DNA of 64,000 nucleotides from IMG/VR virus record IMGVR_UViG_3300030419_004471, positions 149,602 to 213,601 of that record; one strand, 5' to 3'. Shown piece by piece: positions 57,846 to 64,000 of this stretch (position 1 is its first letter; each line of letters starts with the position of its first letter). The notes under the pieces were generated by a model. It saw only the letters and a program-made list of their open reading frames with translations, ran no database searches and was not told where the DNA came from. The position numbers and the translations under genes were made by a program.

Positions 57846-58115
57846 TTATTTTCGTTTTCCTTTTTTTCTTTTTTTGGTGAATAATCTGATAGTTTTATCA
57901 CCATTTTCTATTTTTTCTAACAATGCAAGTTTCTGTTGTTCTCTTACTGCTTCTTGCTTTTGTTTTCTTTTTTTAGTAGTGGGTTTGGTATATTCTTGTC
58001 TTGTTCTTACTTCGTATAGATGACCTGAATCCTCTACTCTTCTTTTAAATATTTTTAATGCTTTTTGTAAGTTCCCATTTCTCACTTGGACACTTACCAA
58101 TTTTGTTTTACTCAT
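57846..58115 (-). CDS. rpsU: phage-encoded 30S ribosomal protein bS21
   Basis: V.VRNGNLQKALKIFKRRV...G...E.R.R..Y.KPT.K.R pattern; extended basic C-terminus. Confidence 0.9.
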   Translation of the reverse strand: MSKTKLVSVQVRNGNLQKALKIFKRRVEDSGHLYEVRTRQEYTKPTTKKRKQKQEAVREQQKLALLEKIENGDKTIRLFTKKRKKGKRK

Positions 58116-58138
58116 TCTCCTTTATTTAAATAACACAA

Positions 58139-58522
58139 TTATTTTATTTTCTTTAAAATAGGTTCTATATCTAATGCAATTGCATATTGGTCAAGATGTC
58201 TATATGCAATAGGTTTAAAATTTTGTTTTGTTTTCTTTGATGCGAATTCTGCTAATTGTTTAGTGATATCATCTTTTGATATACTACCTAAACTATCAAT
58301 CTTATCTAAATCTTTAGAACTTGCAGGGGGACAAGCTAAAGTTGGGCCCTCACCTGCATAATCTGGATATGCATAGTTAAATTTAAACTCTACAAGTTGA
58401 GATGGCATTTCTGCATCTTTTGCTTTTGATTGAAGTAGAACTTTTGCCTTTCCATAAAACCTTACTCCTTCGTTTAACATGTCTATGGCAGTTACGTTAA
58501 GTAAATCATTTAATTTAATCAT
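58139..58522 (-). CDS. putative head-internal protein
   Basis: N-terminal MIKLNDLLN...LNE tag. Confidence 0.6.
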   Translation of the reverse strand: MIKLNDLLNVTAIDMLNEGVRFYGKAKVLLQSKAKDAEMPSQLVEFKFNYAYPDYAGEGPTLACPPASSKDLDKIDSLGSISKDDITKQLAEFASKKTKQNFKPIAYRHLDQYAIALDIEPILKKIK

Positions 58523-58806
58523 TAGAATCTTTCTATTTTATCAATTTCTCTTTGGTACTTCTTTAATAATTTTTTATTTTTATTATAATCTTTTTCTAAT
58601 TTATGGATTTGGTCAGCGTATCTATCTGCAATCGGTCCACCTTGTGGTTCAGCTTCTTGCTCCATCTCTTTATATGCAAGTTTCAAATCCCTAGCAATAT
58701 CTTTCATATCAGTTTCAATATCAATTGCAGTAGTTCTAAGATTCTGTAGTTTATCAAACCTCTTCCATACATTACTTTTTTCTAATATGGTTTTTAATTT
58801 AATCAT
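58522..58806 (-). CDS. putative head-internal protein (coiled coil)
   Basis: N-terminal MIKLKTILE tag. Confidence 0.6.
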   Translation of the reverse strand: MIKLKTILEKSNVWKRFDKLQNLRTTAIDIETDMKDIARDLKLAYKEMEQEAEPQGGPIADRYADQIHKLEKDYNKNKKLLKKYQREIDKIERF

Positions 58807-60395
58807 TTTGATACTGTTTGATATAATTTTTCTTCTGCATCTGGTATAGATTTAAACTGTCTTGGATTTATTCCAAATCCTTGAAGTGCTCTTCCTATAA
58901 ACATTTGATATTGTCTTGTACCAATTCTTCTTTCGTGCTCCGCCATCTTATCGTAAAACTTTTTCTCTTTTGGTGCATATTTGTAAATCATCTGAATAAC
59001 TTTACTTTCTTTTGTTTTAGATTCATCTATAGATTCTGCAAACCTACCAATAACCATTTTAAAAAATTTATTGTTTGGTTTACCAACTAAAGCTGTTATA
59101 AATCCTAATCTATCTTGTAGATTACCCTTCTTTACATAGTTAAAAAGTTTTTTAGCATCGATATTATGTTTTTTAATAAAATCATCAATAGCAACACCAC
59201 GAGCACCTGTAAGTTTTGCGATTCCCAATGCCTCTTTACTACCTTCATGCAATCCCGCTTTTGCAGCCTTTTGAATTGTTTTTTTGAAATCTCTTGGTTT
59301 GTGTTTAGACATTTTGATTACACCATCAATACCTTGAGGATTCATAAATATAAATTTAGAAATAACTTTTAGTTCTTTTTCGTTATATCCTTTGAAATGT
59401 TTTTCCCAATCCATTGAACCTTCGTTTACTGATTCATCTACTTTATATTTGTAGATTACATCACTTCTATCTTTTAATTTTGTTTTGTTTCTTTGTAAAT
59501 CGTAATTAGGGTTTGCAGTAGTTGCTTTTGCAAACTTACCATTCTTTAGATAGAAAGAACCGATACGAGAATTATTATCATCGGTTACATAGAATGTTGC
59601 ATTTTTCTTTTGTTTTGATAACTTAATAATATCAGTAAGATTTTTAGCTTTTACCCAATCACCATATCCTTCGTTTACTGATTCTATTTTCAGTTTAGAT
59701 GGGTCTGTTTCTAATGCTTTATAAACATCACTAACTTGTATGTATCCTTTTTTATAGAAATCAACAACTTTATAAGCTAAATCTTTTTTGTTCTTACTAA
59801 TTGATATACCTACAAATGGACTTCCATCTTTGTGCTTTCCTTTTCCATCATACCAATCTATTACATATCTTCCTCGTCTACTACCAAAATGATGTGAAAA
59901 CATTTTTGTTTTTAATGCCTTTTGATTATACTTACCACCAAATGTTGCATCTTCATGTACTGATTCGTTTTTCTTCTTACCTTTTTTACCTTTTGCTTTA
60001 TATCCACTTGCAAATGCAGCTCTTCTTTGTGCATCTGATGCAAATCCTTCGTATATTGATTTAAGATATTTAATGAATTCTTTATCATTCTTCATTCTCT
60101 TAAAATCTCTATCTGCGAAAACATTCTTTACGAAATCTCTAACATCTTTAGAATCTTTTCTGATTTGGTCTAGTGTAGAAAAATATCCTTCATATAAGGA
60201 TTCATCAATTGCTTTTGGGAATTTTGTTTTTTTAGCTAGTTGTAGAAGTTTTTTAACATCAGCTGGTTTGTTTCTATTGAACTTATCAGCGTTCTTTTTA
60301 TCTTTGAAGATGGCAGACACCATTTTGTTCCCATCACGAATCATAATGATGATTCCTTTTTTACCAAAGTATCTTTCTGTTTCTACTTTAGCCAT
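58803..60395 (-). CDS. basic polyprotein-like putative head-internal protein
   Basis: Lys-rich modules separated by IDES/VNEG/VHED/LHEG sites. Confidence 0.65.
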   Translation of the reverse strand: MAKVETERYFGKKGIIIMIRDGNKMVSAIFKDKKNADKFNRNKPADVKKLLQLAKKTKFPKAIDESLYEGYFSTLDQIRKDSKDVRDFVKNVFADRDFKRMKNDKEFIKYLKSIYEGFASDAQRRAAFASGYKAKGKKGKKKNESVHEDATFGGKYNQKALKTKMFSHHFGSRRGRYVIDWYDGKGKHKDGSPFVGISISKNKKDLAYKVVDFYKKGYIQVSDVYKALETDPSKLKIESVNEGYGDWVKAKNLTDIIKLSKQKKNATFYVTDDNNSRIGSFYLKNGKFAKATTANPNYDLQRNKTKLKDRSDVIYKYKVDESVNEGSMDWEKHFKGYNEKELKVISKFIFMNPQGIDGVIKMSKHKPRDFKKTIQKAAKAGLHEGSKEALGIAKLTGARGVAIDDFIKKHNIDAKKLFNYVKKGNLQDRLGFITALVGKPNNKFFKMVIGRFAESIDESKTKESKVIQMIYKYAPKEKKFYDKMAEHERRIGTRQYQMFIGRALQGFGINPRQFKSIPDAEEKLYQTVSK

Positions 60396-60399
60396 TTTA

Positions 60400-60870
60400 T
60401 TATCCTTTACATCCGCCTTCGGTTACTCCTCCACATCCACAACCACAATCTCCTTTAGATTCTTTCATACTTAATCTTTCTCTCATCTCTTCTTCTGTAA
60501 TATCTCCGAGTTTGTAATATCTGGAAAGGATGTTACCCATATCTTCATATAATCCATGCATCCTTTGGTCTAAGTTCTTAGCTTCTTTAGTTACTTTTTT
60601 AAATTGAGTTTCTAATTTAGTTAGTTCACTCATATTTCTTTTTATGGTATGTCTATCAAACCAATCATCAGCTTCTCTAAGAGCAAGTTCTCTAGCTGCT
60701 TCGGTAATGGCACCCAATGTTTCAGCTATTTCAATGATATCTGATTTTCTATCAATTTGTTCTTGATACTTGTTATATGTAGATACGATTTCTAAGAAGT
60801 GTTTTTTTACTTCATTAGATAATCCTCTTTCTTCGTTTTCTTTTAATAAGTCTTTTAATTTAATAGCCAT
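60400..60870 (-). CDS. putative head-internal protein
   Basis: MAIKLKDLLKE tag, AGGAG site, C-terminal CGCGCGG. Confidence 0.7.
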   Translation of the reverse strand: MAIKLKDLLKENEERGLSNEVKKHFLEIVSTYNKYQEQIDRKSDIIEIAETLGAITEAARELALREADDWFDRHTIKRNMSELTKLETQFKKVTKEAKNLDQRMHGLYEDMGNILSRYYKLGDITEEEMRERLSMKESKGDCGCGCGGVTEGGCKG

Positions 60871-60890
60871 TGTTTTCTCTCCTTATATAA

Positions 60891-61625
60891 TTATGATGTT
60901 GTTGGTGGATTCAAAAATTCTTGAAACTTTTTAGTTAAAGCTTCAAATTCTGGGTCATTCATTCCATCAACTAAATCACCTGAATATTGTTCAATAAAAG
61001 CTGGTGTTACAAACATATAAGTATCCTTATGTATAGTTAACTCAGTACTTGTACTATGTTCTTTTATACAAGGACCTAAAGTTAATGCTTGTGAATTTTC
61101 TTTAGTATCTACAGTACATACAATTGCACTAATAACAGGCATCCCTAATAAATATTCACATACAAATATGATATTACAACATTTCTTTGAAGTATGATTC
61201 TTATCTCCTGAAATAGTTAATCCGGCTTGTCCTACTGAACTAACCATTGCTTTTGCAAATGCTAATCCTCCTGTACCTGTAGCAAGTCCAAGAACTCCTT
61301 CTAATAATTCTTTGGAGAAAGTAGCTCCCCAAGAATTAGATTTATGAGAAACATCTTCTTCATTAACATGCACAAAACAACCCGATTCATCAATTATTTT
61401 CTGTAATGCATCATAATCATAAAGAGATTTTCCTTCTTTATCCAATGCTTTTGTCATTGCGCCAAAAAATACAGATACTTCTGCAAATACATCTCTTACT
61501 TCCTTTTCTATTGTTGAATTGGTCATATCAGTAGTTGCCATCATAATATTACCTGTTTCATTAAATACGAATCCTTTTTTAACCTCTTGGTTATTTGGGT
61601 CTTGTTTTGTTATTTTGTCTGCCAT
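60891..61625 (-). CDS. hypothetical protein, possible Cyt/volvatoxin/Evf-like fold
   Basis: 244-aa ORF; helix/strand order resembles Cyt toxins by eye only. Confidence 0.45.
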   Translation of the reverse strand: MADKITKQDPNNQEVKKGFVFNETGNIMMATTDMTNSTIEKEVRDVFAEVSVFFGAMTKALDKEGKSLYDYDALQKIIDESGCFVHVNEEDVSHKSNSWGATFSKELLEGVLGLATGTGGLAFAKAMVSSVGQAGLTISGDKNHTSKKCCNIIFVCEYLLGMPVISAIVCTVDTKENSQALTLGPCIKEHSTSTELTIHKDTYMFVTPAFIEQYSGDLVDGMNDPEFEALTKKFQEFLNPPTTS

Positions 61626-61636
61626 AGTTTTTTATT

Positions 61637-62098
61637 TTATAATAATTTTAATTCTTTGTCTTTATAAGTGTCTGCATAATACCACTTTTTATCTTTTTCA
61701 TTATAAAGGTAAACAAATTCAGCACCAGACCCTTTAGAAGAATCTATGTACTTTGATATGTTATTTATCTTACCCTTTGTAAAGTATGAACCCTTTTCAC
61801 CTCTATCTCTACCATAGAATACAGTTTGACCTTTTAATTGATTATCAAACGAATGTCCTTTTCCACCATCCATCTTAGGCCCAAGTGAAGAAATACCAAC
61901 ACCTTTATCTATTTTCAAAAGTTGTTTTACCTTTCCACCTGAATAATATTTTTTTGCTGTCTTACCAACACCTGATTTATATCCATCATAATGTACATAA
62001 GTTGAAACTATATTTCCGTTTCTATCAATTAAACCAATTTGTGAACGTGTTGATTCATTAATTTGATATTCTGTTGGTATTAATTTTTTTAGTTTCAT
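61637..62098 (-). CDS. putative head-internal protein (TRSQIG...YVHYDGY...GAEFVYLY domain)
   Basis: MKLKKL...INE tag; paralog of the C-terminal domain of 62107..63612. Confidence 0.7.
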   Translation of the reverse strand: MKLKKLIPTEYQINESTRSQIGLIDRNGNIVSTYVHYDGYKSGVGKTAKKYYSGGKVKQLLKIDKGVGISSLGPKMDGGKGHSFDNQLKGQTVFYGRDRGEKGSYFTKGKINNISKYIDSSKGSGAEFVYLYNEKDKKWYYADTYKDKELKLL

Positions 62099-62106
62099 AT
62101 CTCTCC

Positions 62107-63612
62107 TTAAAATAATTTTTTTAATTCGTTATCTTCATAGGTATCAGCATAATACCATTTCTTATCCTTCATATTGTATAAATATACATATTCTGCTCCA
62201 CCACGGCTATCTGCACTTTTAATATATCTTGATAAAGTTTTCATATTACCTTTTATTGGCGAAGGTTTTTCATTATAGTATTCTATTGGTTTATCATCGA
62301 AGATTCCTCTTGCTCCACCTTTTTTGATTAGAGTTAAAACATCCTTTTCATTTTTCATATGTTTTTTCAAACCCTTTTTCATATTAGATGGATATCCATC
62401 AAAGTGAACATATGCTGATGCAATTTTACCACTTCTATCGATAACACCAACTTGGGAACGAGTTCCTTCTCTAAGTAAACCTTCCGGTAACATTGATTTT
62501 AGTTTTGTAGATGATTCCTTTTTAGCAGATAAAGCTTGTTTTATTCTATCTTGTAGGTCCTCAACAGCAGAATCAATTTCCATTTTTTCATTATATGTAT
62601 TTCCACCATCATCTTCTAAATCCTGCATTTCATCTTGCATAACCTCCAATGCTTTCATTTCATCAGAAATTTCTTCATACTCTTGGTCATCTATTTTTCC
62701 TTTAAGTGAAGATACAATTGATTCAAAATCTTTAGCTTTATATGCGTTATCTAAATCTTTTTTAGATTCTTCTTTCTTTTTCTCTATTTGTTTTTGGATT
62801 GCAGCTTTAAGTTTTTCACCATCGTTTGATAGTTTATCTACTACTTGTGGGCCTGATTTCTTAATTAAATTATTGATAAATTCTTGTTCTTCTTTACTTG
62901 TTATCCAAGCGAATTTTTTTTGATACCAATCATCATTATACTTATCTCCCTTTTCCCATACATCATCCGGTACTATTATTCTATTTTTATCATCTCTTGG
63001 AGCTTTTTCAGATGAATCAGATTTAGGTGTATCTCCTGCTCCACCTTTAAGTTTTTTTCCTAACTCTTTAGCGTATGCCATAGCATCTGCACTATTATCG
63101 AATGATTTATAAGTATCACCACCATCATCATCATCGTCTTTATAGAATTCAACCGAAAATTTCTTTCCACCAATCTCATCATCACCAATAAGAATATGAG
63201 CTTCTGAACCTTGTATTCCATATTCGATTGCACCAATGGAATTTATATCAACAACTGCATCTATACCTAATTCTTTATTTAGGTACAATTTAGTTTGATT
63301 AGCTGCAGCTATACTCATTTCGCCATCATCATCTTTACTTAATTTAGGAGGTTCTGATTTTCCGGCAGAAGAGTCACCTCCCTTCGCTGCCTTATCTTTT
63401 TTGAATATGTTTACTTTAGGAGTATCTGTTGGGTCTTTCTGTCCACCATCTTTATCACCTTTTCTTTTTTCGTGAGTTCCTGCTTTGATTGCAGCATCTC
63501 TTGCTGCTTTTGTTTTAAATACCGATGTCGTACCAGTCTCTTTACTTGTAGCAGTAAATACTTCTGCTTCAGTAATTGGCTGTAAATCGATAAGTCCACC
63601 TAATTTAATCAT
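62107..63612 (-). CDS. multidomain putative head-internal protein
   Basis: MIKLGGLI...ITE tag, low-complexity linkers, internal KLKSMLPE..LREG before the duplicated domain. Confidence 0.7.
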   Translation of the reverse strand: MIKLGGLIDLQPITEAEVFTATSKETGTTSVFKTKAARDAAIKAGTHEKRKGDKDGGQKDPTDTPKVNIFKKDKAAKGGDSSAGKSEPPKLSKDDDGEMSIAAANQTKLYLNKELGIDAVVDINSIGAIEYGIQGSEAHILIGDDEIGGKKFSVEFYKDDDDDGGDTYKSFDNSADAMAYAKELGKKLKGGAGDTPKSDSSEKAPRDDKNRIIVPDDVWEKGDKYNDDWYQKKFAWITSKEEQEFINNLIKKSGPQVVDKLSNDGEKLKAAIQKQIEKKKEESKKDLDNAYKAKDFESIVSSLKGKIDDQEYEEISDEMKALEVMQDEMQDLEDDGGNTYNEKMEIDSAVEDLQDRIKQALSAKKESSTKLKSMLPEGLLREGTRSQVGVIDRSGKIASAYVHFDGYPSNMKKGLKKHMKNEKDVLTLIKKGGARGIFDDKPIEYYNEKPSPIKGNMKTLSRYIKSADSRGGAEYVYLYNMKDKKWYYADTYEDNELKKLF

Positions 63613-64000
63613 TGTAATTCTGTTATTATTTCTCTTATTAAATCGTGTGCTTTACAATAGTCTCCACAAACATCAACATTATGTTGTTTAGATTCGTTTA
63701 CAGGAGTCATAAATGCACCATGCGTAGACGGGTTGGATACAAAATCCCAACCTATTAATTCAAAATCATCTCCAACAGTTACTCCACCTTCTCTTCTTTG
63801 TTCAACTGAACCCATTCCTCTTGATGAAATACCTAAAAGGATTCCTGCTTTTAACAATTCTTTAAGAATGTTACCTGATGGTGTTGGTAGGATTTCAACT
63901 GTTCCTAATAAATCATCACCATCCCAATGAATCTCTCTTATATTGTGTGATACGTTTTTTAAATTTATTACAGAAGATTCTGGATGGTCTAATTCACCAA
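63609..64000 (-). CDS. prohead protease (T4 gp21-like), 5' end outside the window
   Basis: The frame extends to the window edge: GELDHP...SH...GISSRGMGS...WDFVSNPST. Confidence 0.93.
   Translation of the reverse strand, partial: GELDHPESSVINLKNVSHNIREIHWDGDDLLGTVEILPTPSGNILKELLKAGILLGISSRGMGSVEQRREGGVTVGDDFELIGWDFVSNPSTHGAFMTPVNESKQHNVDVCGDYCKAHDLIREIITELQ

Noticed and set aside
1-64000. Stop-codon reassignment, as in some large Bacteroidota phages
   Set aside because: Core genes are full length in the standard code with high coding density; both TAG (e.g. helicase) and TGA (e.g. 20900 and 58803 ORFs) serve as stops.
1-64000. tRNA, rRNA, integrase or transposase genes
   Set aside because: None recognised; intergenic gaps are short and mostly explained by promoters, terminators or small ORFs. 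A tRNAscan-SE run would confirm.

Overview
This is a 64-kb segment of a large, AT-rich, T4-like contractile-tailed dsDNA phage. Essentially all real genes lie on the minus strand and the standard genetic code fits. The host is very likely Bacteroidota: seven intergenic sites match the Bacteroidota housekeeping promoter (TTTG-N20-TAnnTTTG type). Along the minus strand (right to left) it encodes a partial prohead protease and a cluster of probable head-internal proteins sharing an N-terminal 'MIKLKDLLKE'-type tag. Next come ribosomal protein bS21, scaffold, major capsid, neck, tail fibres (two with S74 chaperones), a Hint-domain protein, sheath, tube, a frameshifting tail chaperone, tape measure and baseplate genes. 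An accessory block follows (PhyH dioxygenase, PIG-L, UvsE, a short family-A polymerase, HNH, radical SAM, secreted nuclease). The T4-like replisome (PolB, SSB, RecA/UvsX, RNase H, clamp, clamp loader, helicase) is interleaved with candidate DNA-modification genes, and nrdB/nrdA/trx carry two inserted methyltransferases. Top leads: (1) a possible translational switch, since phage bS21 co-occurs with AGGAG Shine-Dalgarno sites on late/structural genes while genes behind host-type promoters lack them; (2) a replisome-embedded DNA modification/restriction set (two Mom paralogs, DUF4338, DUF1599, glycosyltransferase, PvuII-like nuclease); (3) an Hc1 histone-H1-like protein beside Rmt2/GAMT-like and SET methyltransferases; (4) a +1/-2 G/GT frameshift; (5) a Cyt-toxin-like ORF among head-internal genes. 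All family assignments come from motif recognition by eye; no database search was run.
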